From assembly GCA_002104905.1 (NCBI GenBank), contig MCFE01000697.1, positions 1 through 44,368 on the forward strand: 44,368 bases of DNA, in the 5' to 3' direction. Source of the stretch: Basidiobolus meristosporus CBS 931.73. Taxonomy: Eukaryota > Fungi > Basidiobolomycota. Of the stretch, positions 1-12,697 are shown piece by piece. Position 1 is the first letter of the stretch. Each line of letters begins with the position of its first letter. The notes under the pieces are model-generated. The model did no database searches and was not told the origin of the DNA. It was given only the letters and a program-made list of their open reading frames with translations. The position numbers and the translations under genes are program-made.

Positions 1-121
1 CGCATTTGGTTACACACAATGGCACCATTTTTTAGGATATCGCGTATGAGCCTGAATGTGAGCTATAAATTGGCCTCGTCGGCCAACCGGTTCCCTACCA
101 CCGCCTTCCTCACCATACAGC

Positions 122-1467
122 ATGACCATCATTGGGGAACAACTTCCACAGAGCGAGAGCCAATTGCGCCGATTCTCCCGTAAGGTTTGGAGGATCTTGT
201 GCTGGCCTAGCTTGACCCACTGGATCATCACTTCCATGATCCTTGGCATCATCGTGGGCTGGCTAGCTCCTAGCTTCGCTGTCCAACTTCAGCCTCTCTC
301 CAACATCTTTGTTTACATGATCAAGGCCATGATTACCCCGCTTCTGTTTGCCACTCTAGCTGTGGGGATTGCTGGCCACGGGGATGATCTCAAGAAGATC
401 GGCTCCTTGGCTATCAAGTCGCTGATCTACTTCGAGGTGATCACCACCATTGCCTTGGTTCTGGGTGTTCTCACCGCGAATCTATTCAAACCTGGTCACG
501 GGGTCCACCTGGAGGGATACGACAACAAAACCGGACAAGACCTGGCCAGCACCCAGATCACATGGGAACATGAGCTCTACTCCATCATCCCGCAAAGTTT
601 CTTCAAGGCGGCGGCCGACAATGCCGTGCTACAGATCGTGTTCTGCGCCATCATGTTTGCGGTCGCCCTTGTGAAGACCCCAGCCCAACACAAGCAGCCA
701 ATGATCACCTTCCTTGACAGCCTGGCCAACGTGATGTTCAAGGTGACCGGGTTGGTGATGAATTACGCCCCCATCGGTATATTCGCCGCGCTCTCCTATA
801 CCGTCGGTAAGAATGGGATCTCCGTGCTGAGCAGCCTAGGGAAACTCGTGGGCTCCGTGTATCTGGCGTTGGTCGTGTTCATCGTTGTGATCTTCATACC
901 CATCATGCTGATCGCCAAGATCCCTATATTGAAGTTTGTGAAATGCATCTCCCAGCCACTCCTCATCGCATTTACCACCTGTTCTTCGGAGGCCGCCCTA
1001 CCACCGCCATGCAGGCCTTGGAAGACTTCGGAGTCCCGAAGAAGATCGTGGCTTTCGTCCTGCCCACCGGGTACTCGTTTAATCTGGATGGCGGCTCGAT
1101 CTACTTCTCCATCGCCACCCTCTTCGCAGCGCAAGCTGGCGGGGTAGAGCTATCGGTGTCTCGCCAGGCCTTCCTAGTACTCACCCTGATGCTCACCAGC
1201 AAAGGTGTAGCCGGGGTTCCTCGAGCCGGCTTGGTCGTGGTGGCCAGCGCCGTTCAGAGCTTCGATCTGCCCTACGAGGCTGTGGCAGTCCTCCTAGGAG
1301 TGGAGCCCATTCTAGAGATGGGAAAGACTGCGGTGAACGTGGCTGGCAACTGCATCGCCACCGTTGTCATGGCCAAACTGGAGGGCGAGTTCCCAGCGTC
1401 GAAGTTGGAGGACTCCAGATTTACCTCGCTTGAATCAGGCGAGGACAAACCAATCACTAGCATTTAG
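122..1467 (+). CDS. Dicarboxylate/amino acid:cation symporter (DAACS; GltP/DctA-like), intronless, split by an apparent 1-nt deletion at ~1001-1003
   Basis: ORF 122-1147 gives the N-terminal TM helices up to AFTTCSSEAALP; ORF 943-1467 continues TAMQALEDFGVPKKIVAFVLPTGYSFNLDG (family signature). 'gcc cta cc acc gcc atg' lacks one base needed to join the frames. Confidence 0.88.
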
Positions 1468-1977
1468 ATCATCTAAGCCCAGCAACCCTAGCCCATCCTT
1501 AAGTAGAAATCCCTAAACCATGCCTGTTGATAAGTTAATGTGAGATTCAGTTAGGGTGAAGAATGTAAATAAACTCGATAATGTGAAATTCAGATGCCAA
1601 TCGGACGCCCCCACCAATCATCACCGTCGAATTTATTGATCATGCAGAATTGGGAGTGGACTGTGGTCTGGGCTATTATGGGAAAGGGAATGGGATTTGG
1701 GATTTGGGATTTGGGAGGGACATGGATGGAACAAGCTGGGCATAATTAAGGGGGATTTCTTTTCCTCCCTCCATTTCCTTTCGAATTCGCTATTTGGGGC
1801 GAGTTTTCGATCGAAAAGGTTAACTCCCTTCCGTAGTTATTGGGTAGTGATAACGCTTAGGAAATTTCCTGATATTGGCCAACAAGGTCCCTTGAAAGTA
1901 AGTCAAACCAGTGACTCTGGACAGCATATAGAGAGAAGTCTCAATCCATACTTGGTAGGAAAAAGCGAGCGACAACC

Positions 1978-4733
<2,756 letters not shown>

Positions 4734-5123
4734 AAGTTCATTTATTATTCGACCATTTTATTCTAATCTTTGAGTCCCGCCCCTTCTTCATTGCTCTGTG
4801 TGAGTCCACCATGGGATCACTTTGAGGAAACGCCAAATAAACCATCATTTCTGACCACGAACGCCGCCATCTCCTGAGAAAACAAAAATGCATGTAATAG
4901 AAGGTTCGGCCATGAATCCAACCAGATTTCTCGGCCACACTATTAGTTGAATTTGCCGTGTGGTTTAATGAGCTGCATTAATGGCATAACGCAAATCATC
5001 CCCGCCTTGTACCTCTAGACAAAAATAGGTATGGCGGGTAAGGGTCAATGGCAGCTGGACGGGTGTTGAGGGCAGATGCTCTATAAAAAGATCGGCCACC
5101 TTCAACACTCTACATATCCCACA

Positions 5124-5735
5124 ATGTTGAAGGCTTCCCTTATCTCGAGAATAATCATCGCTCTATTGATCACCTTGGAACTAGCCCAAGGAGCACCGAT
5201 CGGCATCGCACAAGGGCGCATGGAAAGGCGTGATGGCCAGCACAAAGACTATGGAGTACCAGAGCCCTACGATGGGTCCGTGTACCATGGCAAACCCTCA
5301 TATCCTGACGAAGGCTATGATTTGGGCGAACCTGGCTATGATACTTATCCTAAGCCAACCTACCGACCAAAGCCTACTCCTCATCCGAAGCCTCAACCGA
5401 CCCCTACGCCCAAGCCCAAACCCACACCCACACCTACGCCGACTCCCGAGCCTAAGCCAAAGCGCAAGTCTTTCAAGTTTGGATTTGGGCTAAATATCGG
5501 GGCGAACATCGGCATCGGTGGAAAGAAAGACGGTAATGGAGTGGGCCTGGACGTGGGAGCCGGGATTGGGGCTGGGGTGCAGATCGAGACCGACAAGCAA
5601 AAAATCGATGTGAACGCAGGAGTGAAGGCGAATGTTGGAGTCGAGGTTGGGAGTGGCAAGGATGGTAAAGGACTGGATGTCGGCGTCAACACTGGTGTTG
5701 GAGCCGAGATCGGTGGTTCTGTTGAGGAGAAATGA
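5124..5735 (+). CDS. Secreted Gly/Val beta-strand family protein, copy 1 (with Tyr/Pro-rich and PT/PK-repeat linker)
   Basis: ATG 5124 downstream of CTATAAAA (~5080); signal peptide MLKASLISRIIIALLITLELAQG; dibasic sites ERR and KRK; C-terminal ~90 aa homologous to copies 2-4. Confidence 0.8.
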   Translation: MLKASLISRIIIALLITLELAQGAPIGIAQGRMERRDGQHKDYGVPEPYDGSVYHGKPSYPDEGYDLGEPGYDTYPKPTYRPKPTPHPKPQPTPTPKPKPTPTPTPTPEPKPKRKSFKFGFGLNIGANIGIGGKKDGNGVGLDVGAGIGAGVQIETDKQKIDVNAGVKANVGVEVGSGKDGKGLDVGVNTGVGAEIGGSVEEK

Positions 5736-6070
5736 TTTTGAATACTTTCGCCAGTGACAGCATCATAATTCATTAAATAAAGTGAACATTTAACCACATA
5801 ACAAACAACAGCTCTATCCATTTATATCCAATGCGTGTGATCAGTGTCGGTTGCAATTACATTCAAGGATGTCAAGATATTTCACTACGTCGTGATGTTC
5901 CCCACCCTGCATGCAAGGTCCATCATTTATGCTTCAAATAGATAGGCGGCCACTATTTCTGCAAGCCTCCTAAACGCCAAGCGTGCATGGCATAAACTAA
6001 TTCCAGAGACGATGGGAAAGTATATAAGCAAAAGCCCCTCTGTACTTCTGCAATCGTTATCGGAAACAAG

Positions 6071-6442
6071 ATGTTCAAACCCTGGTGCCTCGTTGTATTC
6101 GCACTGATCGCATTGTTCATTTGCACTTCGCCGGCGCCCATCAACTACTCGTATGGAAGTTTGCATAAACGGAGACCCTTCCGGCTCGGTGTAGGGGTTG
6201 GTCTTGGGCTGAACTTGGGTGTTGGTAGTAAAAAGGAAGGCAAAGGTGTCGGTATCAATGCTGGAGCTAATGCCGGAGTTGGCGTTCAGGTGGAGACTGA
6301 CAAAAAGAAAATCGACCTTGAGGCAGGAGTGAAGGGTGATGTTGGGGTGGAAATAGGCTCCAGTAAAGACGGGAAAGGCCTGGAAATTGGCGCCAACACA
6401 AACGTAGGGGTGGGAGTGGGAGGTTCTGTTGAGGATAAATAA
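6071..6442 (+). CDS. Secreted Gly/Val beta-strand family protein, copy 2
   Basis: TATATAA ~6022; signal peptide; APINY..LHKR propeptide; mature RPFRLGVGVGLGLNLGVGSKKEGKG...GGSVEDK. Confidence 0.85.
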   Translation: MFKPWCLVVFALIALFICTSPAPINYSYGSLHKRRPFRLGVGVGLGLNLGVGSKKEGKGVGINAGANAGVGVQVETDKKKIDLEAGVKGDVGVEIGSSKDGKGLEIGANTNVGVGVGGSVEDK

Positions 6443-6502
6443 GTATTCTGACACCATGATTTTCCCCATCGCTCATTTTATTAAATAAATAGTTTCATCC
6501 AG

Positions 6503-7048
6503 TCAATGCACATACACTAATAGAGCCGAGCAGAAGGCCAGGGCCCTCCACCCCGCACTGTATTGCTGTGTTCCTAGGTTTTTTTTGCCTTGTCCATATG
6601 CTGGGGTTTCTGGATGTAGTTTGACTTTTGTCGGCTGATTCCACATTGGGCCTTTCTCAGTATTTGTAGAAGCTGGTGTGCGTGTGGCGATAATTGAAGT
6701 CTGACCTGTAGAAGGGGTGTCTGTGTGACTAGCAGTAGCTAAACCGGAGCTACGAGTTGGGGTTGGTTCAGTTGAGGAAGTAGGAGTAGTCGATTCGAGT
6801 GTGGGCAGACTAATACTCCAGATTGAATATGCACTAGTAAAAGTAAACGAGCTCCACTCGCTTTCTTCGGAACTGTCGGAATCTTCGTCATACTCCACAT
6901 CTTCCATGCTGTCGTCATCATGCGACTCTTGCTCCGCCTCTTCCCAATCCTCACTAACCACCGAATCTTGAGGGAGTTCATCCACAGTCATTGAGTTTGC
7001 CAAGGTGAGCAGCCCCATAGCAGTGAGCAATAGTATCAAGAACCTCAT
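6503..7048 (-). CDS. Secreted acidic, Ser/Thr-rich protein, probably GPI-anchored
   Basis: Signal peptide MRFLILLLTAMGLLTLANS, D/E-rich then S/T/P-rich body, hydrophobic C-terminus (ALAFCSALLVYVH). Confidence 0.65.
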   Translation of the reverse strand: MRFLILLLTAMGLLTLANSMTVDELPQDSVVSEDWEEAEQESHDDDSMEDVEYDEDSDSSEESEWSSFTFTSAYSIWSISLPTLESTTPTSSTEPTPTRSSGLATASHTDTPSTGQTSIIATRTPASTNTEKGPMWNQPTKVKLHPETPAYGQGKKNLGTQQYSAGWRALAFCSALLVYVH

Positions 7049-7312
7049 GGTAAGTTGTAAACTGACCTGGCGTGGGTCAAAAGCTTATATATGCACCGCC
7101 ATATGCATCGGGAAAATTACCACTAGTCCGTTACTTCTTGGTAAATTTCCATCTGCATATCACAATAGAGAATGTCGGGAAATAGAAGTAGAATCGACGC
7201 GAAAGATACATGCGTACCACCAAAGACACAATCATATACAATGGCGCCAATGGCTTGGAGGATTTGTCGAACTTTACTTAAAAAGTGGTTTTGGAGATCG
7301 GTCGAATTAGCA

Positions 7313-7657
7313 ATGCGTTTATTTCGAGTTTACGTCCTCACCATCCTATTACTGACGAGGCCCGTCCTCTCAGAAACTCCTCCTGCTGAGCAGCCCTCCG
7401 GGAATGGCACACTTACTGAATCGACTACCGCGACCCTCAGTGTGACTGACCCAATACTCCCAACTTCCCAGATTGCAGTGAATGATACGGCTACGCTCAA
7501 CATTACCATGGAGCCCACCAGTTCTGTAACGTCAAGCTGGCCTCTAAGGACTGCCACTGCCGCCCCTCGTCCCACCCTTACAAGCAACTATATACGGATC
7601 ACTCCCGTCGCAATCTATATCCTGCTGAATATACTTGTCTGTGTTTTGCAGCATTAG
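7313..7657 (+). CDS. Small secreted Thr/Ser-rich protein, probably GPI-anchored
   Basis: ATG 7313 gives MRLFRVYVLTILLLTRPVLS signal; T/S/P-rich body with NGT/NDT/NIT sequons; hydrophobic tail VAIYILLNILVCVLQH. Confidence 0.6.
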   Translation: MRLFRVYVLTILLLTRPVLSETPPAEQPSGNGTLTESTTATLSVTDPILPTSQIAVNDTATLNITMEPTSSVTSSWPLRTATAAPRPTLTSNYIRITPVAIYILLNILVCVLQH

Positions 7658-7879
7658 TCTAAATTTAGATGGTAAATGAAACCCCAGCATGAAATTTATG
7701 CACGATCAGGAGGTGTATTTTGTTTGTCCAGTGCTCCCCTCAGAATATCCCTGATCCTTACACCGTTCCGATTTATACGATACGTGCCCGATTGTCAAGC
7801 TTATCTAACACATGTTCTATATATAGCCTCACCAAGCTCCCCATCAACATATCACCTATTTACTGTTCTATTCATCACC

Positions 7880-8272
7880 ATGCTTGCCATCAGATCTTTG
7901 CTCTTGCTCATTCTGGTCATTGCCACCTTGAGTGCACTTTCGTCTGCCGCCCCAATAAACTGGTCCCAAAGACTCCAGAAGCGAAGTGAGAACCCCAAGA
8001 AAAAGTCGTTCCGGTTAGGCGTGGGCGTTGGTGCCAATGTGAATGCTAGCATCGGAGGAAAGAAGGAAGGAAAGGGGCTGGGGGCCAATGTCGGTGCTGG
8101 TGTCGGCGTGGGTGTGCAGGTGGAGACCGACAAGAAGAAGGTGGACCTTGAGGCCGGAGTCAAAGGAAATGTTGGTGTCGAGGTCGGCACTAGTAAGGAT
8201 GGCAAGAGCCTGGAGGTTGGCGCCAATGCCGGAGTAGGAGCTGATGTTGGTGGCTCTATTGAAGAGAAATAA
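7880..8272 (+). CDS. Secreted Gly/Val beta-strand family protein, copy 3 (130 aa)
   Basis: TATATA ~7818; ATG 7880; signal MLAIRSLLLLILVIATLSALSSA; APINWSQRLQKR propeptide; conserved mature domain. Confidence 0.85.
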   Translation: MLAIRSLLLLILVIATLSALSSAAPINWSQRLQKRSENPKKKSFRLGVGVGANVNASIGGKKEGKGLGANVGAGVGVGVQVETDKKKVDLEAGVKGNVGVEVGTSKDGKSLEVGANAGVGADVGGSIEEK

Positions 8273-8786
8273 TATTACCAACCTGGGACATATGTCACCT
8301 GGATATGTTGTCTATTTAGTCTTTGCACGATCATGCATCATCTTTTCTATCTAATAAACCATCGATTCCCACATAAATCCCCATATCCAAGCTTATCAAC
8401 ACAACACGAAGTTGTATAATGATATTCAACACGATACACGAAATTAGTCCATGAAAATCATCACCCTAACCCACATACATTTGAATTACCTCATAACCGA
8501 TGAAAATAAGGGCTGGTCAAGGCATTAACCTTTATTTTCCCCCTTTAGAGTTGGCCTTCACCCAAATAGATATGCATGAAATAATGATTCCCCCTCGTAT
8601 TTCCCCTCGTATACTACTAAACTAAGGTATATTGCTGAAGTTGCGATGTCGATGCTAATGACGTGCGGACAACCAGATGCTACTTATCCATATCGCTTCT
8701 TAGTATATAAGCCAGACAAGATATCCACGGCTGATATAACAATCAACTATCAACTAGTGAATCTTACCACTTCTTTATCCAAGACA

Positions 8787-9179
8787 ATGCTCGCTATCAG
8801 ATCCCTGGCTTTACTCTTGGTTGTCTTTGTCGCACTGAGTATGCTTGTCTCTGCCGCACCCATCCATCTGTCCCAAAGACTCCAGAAGCGAAATGATAAC
8901 CCCAAGAAGAAGTCATTCCGGTTAGGCGTGGGCGTTGGTGCCAATGTGAATGCTAGCATCGGAGGAAAGAAGGAAGGAAAGGGGCTGGGGGCCAATGTCG
9001 GTGCTGGTGTCGGCGTGGGTGTGCAAGTGGAGACCGACAAGAAGAAGGTGGACCTTGAGGCCGGAGTCAAAGGAAATGTTGGTGTCGAGGTCGGCACTAG
9101 TAAGGATGGCAAGAGCCTGGAGGTTGGCGCCAATGCCGGAGTGGGAGTCGATGTTAACGGCTCCGTTGAAGATAAATAA
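8787..9179 (+). CDS. Secreted Gly/Val beta-strand family protein, copy 4 (130 aa)
   Basis: TATATAA ~8704; ATG 8787; signal peptide, APIHLSQRLQKR, mature domain nearly identical to copy 3. Confidence 0.85.
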   Translation: MLAIRSLALLLVVFVALSMLVSAAPIHLSQRLQKRNDNPKKKSFRLGVGVGANVNASIGGKKEGKGLGANVGAGVGVGVQVETDKKKVDLEAGVKGNVGVEVGTSKDGKSLEVGANAGVGVDVNGSVEDK

Positions 9180-9531
9180 GGATTACCAGACATATTTATG
9201 AGCTATCCACATACTCACGTTACATAATCTTTTCTTGGGTCTCACTTTGAATTCTTCATCAACATTGTTGCAAGCGACTGTTCGATGTTGGTATCATGAG
9301 TGCTATTTAGGGCATTTTTTCATTAATAAATAATTACTAGGCCAGCTGAAATCGGTCTGCGTCGATTCATATTTCGAATGCAAAAACATGAACGATCATC
9401 AATTCTGTGGGATCAATCGATCAAGCGTTTACATATATCCCGCATCATGTGATCCTAAGATCAGTAGTTTATAAAGAGGACAGGAGTAATATTTCTTTCT
9501 CTTTCTGTCCTTTAAAGGGTTCAATATAATC

Positions 9532-9938
9532 ATGGTATGTAAATCTTGATTTCGATGTGTACTTGACGGATGAATAATATCTCCCCAATGGATAAGATGT
9601 TAACCTGAACTTCTTAGGCCAAGAAGGACGCTCCCGCTAAGCCTAGTTCCGGTGGAAAGAAGACCAAGAAGAAGTGGTCCAAGGGAAAGGTCAAGGATAA
9701 GGCCAACAACTTGGTCGTCTTCGACCAGGCCACTTTGGACAAATTGATGAAGGAAGCCCCCACCTACAAGCTCATCACCACCTCTGTGTTGGTTGACCGT
9801 CTTCGTATCAACGGTTCCCTTGCCCGTGTTGCCCTCAGAGAGTTGGAAACCCAAGGTTTGATCCAAAAGGTTTCCACCCACGGCTCACAATTGATCTACA
9901 CTCGCTCTATCAGCGCTGGTGGTGAGGAAGCTAACTAA
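9532..9938 (+). CDS. RPS25: 40S ribosomal protein eS25, copy a (ATG exon, intron 9535-9617)
   Basis: [37 protein letters not shown]...[25 protein letters not shown]...QLIYTR; GTATGT..TAG intron immediately after the ATG. Confidence 0.95.
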
Positions 9939-10367
9939 AGTCTCGGATCTGCTACCTTGTTATTTTAAATAAATGTGATTATACCGAACGTCAGTTCAGC
10001 TATTTTGAGTTCATTGAAAACAAAAGCGCCTACCCGCCGAATCAATACGGAACTAATACATCATCGCATATATATGCAAGTGTAAGTAGAAGTGGTTCCG
10101 GAAGTCCGATGTAAATAAATTGGCTGCTCAAGGAGAGTACCGCATACAATCGATCGGTCATCAAGTCCATCTCTAAGGATCCGAAAATATCGGGACAATA
10201 TGGAAAATTCCGGATAATTTAGTGATTTCAGGGTATTGTTTTTTTTTCAAACCTCACTGAATTGGGTCTTCCTCTCTTTTCATTGTGAGCTTCTCAATTG
10301 GAAAACTGGTCTTTTTGAAGATACTTGGTGAACAATATACTCTCACTTCAACATCCTTTGAACATCA

Positions 10368-11170
10368 ATGAATCATAACGGAGCCAATGTCGAGGCTACC
10401 CATGCCGGAGACTTGGGGCCTGACCCAGCTTTGTTGAACTCTTTCAAGGCCGCTGCCACTGCTGTGACGCAAATGTACAAAGATGCCATGAAGCAGAACC
10501 GAAAGTCTTACCAGACAGGCTACGAACAATGCCTCCAAGATTTGATAGGTTACATTTCAACCCACGCTAGCGTTCAGAGTCAGAGAGATCGTGGAGACAT
10601 CCAGCTTCGCAACTCTTTTATACCTGCCAGTGATCTCATAGCTTTTACCAGAGAAAAATACACCCAGATTCACGCAGAGTCGACCAACTCGGAAAACCCC
10701 TCGCTGCAGCGAGAGTCCCATTCTACATCCGGATATCAAGCAGCGCAACCTGGTGTAGGTAGGTCACTATAACTGTTACACGTGAATGCAATTAACTAAC
10801 TTGAGCAACTTACAGAACGCCATAATGTTCCAGTAGCTACACCCTTCCCTACCAACCACCAGTTCAACTTCACCCCGCCTGTCGTCAATCTTAGTCCCCT
10901 GCAAGGAGCCGGTTTCGAAGGCCTACATACAGAAGAATTCGCCTCGCTGTTTGGCATGGATTCGTTGAAGCGAAGACTCAATGCTAGTGCCGACCCATTA
11001 TTTGCAAGGGATGTAAATAGCGAATACATGTTTGAACCTTCCTACAAACGTGGACGTCCTCGCCACGACGGTAAGTCAGTCTCGGAAGATAGTGCCCAAT
11101 AGCCCACTGACATTTCCATTACCCTTACCCTGTAGATTCCATCAGCCGAAGCAATAAGCATTTTTACTGA
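10368..11170 (+). CDS. HAPSTR1/C16orf72-like protein (3 exons), tentative
   Basis: LLNSFKAAATAVTQMYKDAM...GYEQ...DLIAF resembles the conserved F.NAATAVT.LYK block of HAPSTR1 as I recall it; basic C-terminal NLS-like KRRL / KRGRPR. Phase-1 introns at ~10760-10814 and 11071-11135 restore one frame ending TGA 11168-11170. Confidence 0.55.
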
Positions 11171-11515
11171 ACCCGCCTAATCTCAGCCCATATTTATGCC
11201 TTCTAATTTTGTCACATTCATTCAATGTACACACGCTCTTCATATAGATAACCAGTTGTAGTTTTATTTGTGTATTTTCCTTGTTCGATCGAGAGAATAA
11301 ACCCTCCTAATGCTAGCAAACCTCGGTTAGATGCATGGTATGGAACGCTGGGCCATTAACGTTGTTATTCACGGCGCCCGAGGGGAGGGAACACCCAGCG
11401 TGATGTTTATGTGCGAGTAGGATAAGGAGAATCATGCTTTAGAAAAAAATGATGTACATGTGTCATAATAAGTGAAAATGCTGTATGAAGTGACGGAGCA
11501 TATGAAGGCTAGAGT

Positions 11516-12697
11516 CTAGGGACTCAATTCAGCTGATCTAGCTTGATATTCCTTTTCGAGATGCTCGCGAATCTTGGCGTGCTTCTTGGGGCGGTGGGCA
11601 CGGATCAACAGTCGGTAGATTCTGCGAACTGGCTTCAGCTGGTACGTGTCCTGCATTAGCTTGAAAAGCTCCATGGCTTCGATCAGGTAGCCTTTCATGC
11701 AGCTGCTCTTGATGAGATAGTAGAAGGTCTGCGAGTCCGGGGTGATTTCGTATGGAGATTTCTGCATGTCGTGGAAGAGACTCTTGGCATAGTTCCAATC
11801 GCAGGAGGAGCTGCCTAGTAAGAAGTTGAAGGTGTTCACATCCGGAGCCACTCCGTTCTTGCTCATGCTTTGGAAAGTTTTGATGGCATCTTTGAAACGG
11901 TTGACCCGTCCGTACGCTCTGATCATAGTGTTGTAGATATTGAGATTCGGTGGGACGAACAGTGATTCGGGCTCCTTGTGGCTCGCTAGCATGGCGTTGA
12001 AGATACGCTCAGCACCCTCGATCTCGTTCACCCGTCCGTAAAGCTCGATCAGGCAGGCATAAGTAAAGTCGGTCGGCTTCACTCCAATCTCACACATCTC
12101 CTCGAAGATTCGGATCGCTCTGGCTCCCTTACGGGCGTGCACTTGGCACTTCAGGTAAAGGTTGTATGAATAGATGTTGGGTCGGATTTTCTGGGCTTTG
12201 AGACGGCGCCAAACCTTCTCGCAGGTGTTGATGTCACCCAAGCCGCCGAAGAACTGAAGCAAGGTGTTGTAATCACGGATATCCAGTTGATGGCCGAGTT
12301 GTTGTTGCTTTTCGAGTACATGCAAGATGCGCTCTTTGCACTGGTCGACATACTCGGAGGTGAAATGCTTTTTAAGTTTGAAAGTTCCGAGTACAAAGCT
12401 GTGGTCCTCGGGCGACAACAAATTCAACTTGTTAACATCCTCTAGCATGCGATACAACGTCCAAGTGCTGTTAGGATCCCGGTCCCAAATTGCTTTGTTG
12501 ATGGTGAGCACTTCCCTCGGAGCTGTGGCTGGAAGTTCCAGGTTTCTATTTCCGTTGTCTTCCTCGAGCAGCAGCTCCTGAAGACTGGTATTTGTTGAAA
12601 GGAATCTGGGGGTTTGTTTGTAAATGCATCGGACGAAATTGGGATTTCTCCCACGTGAAGCCAGGAGGGCACTCGTATTTCTCCACAACATGGACAT
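11516..12697 (-). CDS. Pentatricopeptide-repeat (PPR) protein, probably mitochondrial, intronless
   Basis: Tandem 35-aa repeats (PNIYSYNLYL, PTDFTYACLI, PNLNIYNTMI, PDVNTFNFLL, PDSQTFYYLI); R/S/L-rich presequence-like start MSMLWRNTSALLASRGR at ATG 12697. Confidence 0.88.
   Translation of the reverse strand: MSMLWRNTSALLASRGRNPNFVRCIYKQTPRFLSTNTSLQELLLEEDNGNRNLELPATAPREVLTINKAIWDRDPNSTWTLYRMLEDVNKLNLLSPEDHSFVLGTFKLKKHFTSEYVDQCKERILHVLEKQQQLGHQLDIRDYNTLLQFFGGLGDINTCEKVWRRLKAQKIRPNIYSYNLYLKCQVHARKGARAIRIFEEMCEIGVKPTDFTYACLIELYGRVNEIEGAERIFNAMLASHKEPESLFVPPNLNIYNTMIRAYGRVNRFKDAIKTFQSMSKNGVAPDVNTFNFLLGSSSCDWNYAKSLFHDMQKSPYEITPDSQTFYYLIKSSCMKGYLIEAMELFKLMQDTYQLKPVRRIYRLLIRAHRPKKHAKIREHLEKEYQARSAELSP

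Noticed and set aside
5124-9179. Gly/Val family as hydrophobins or collagen
   Set aside because: No eight-Cys pattern and no Gly-X-Y triplets; the periodicity is 2.
5393-9193. Minus-strand Pro/Thr-rich ORFs (5393-5821, 7852-8226, 8750-9193) overlapping the Gly/Val genes
   Set aside because: Antisense shadows of GGT/GTC-rich codons; TATA boxes, signal peptides and conservation all favour the plus strand.
9535-9617. Box C/D snoRNA in the RPS25a intron (CTGA near the 3' end), and TGATGA...CTGA in the SF1 intron
   Set aside because: No canonical box C with terminal stem in the first; spacing ~200 nt and no recognisable guide in the second.
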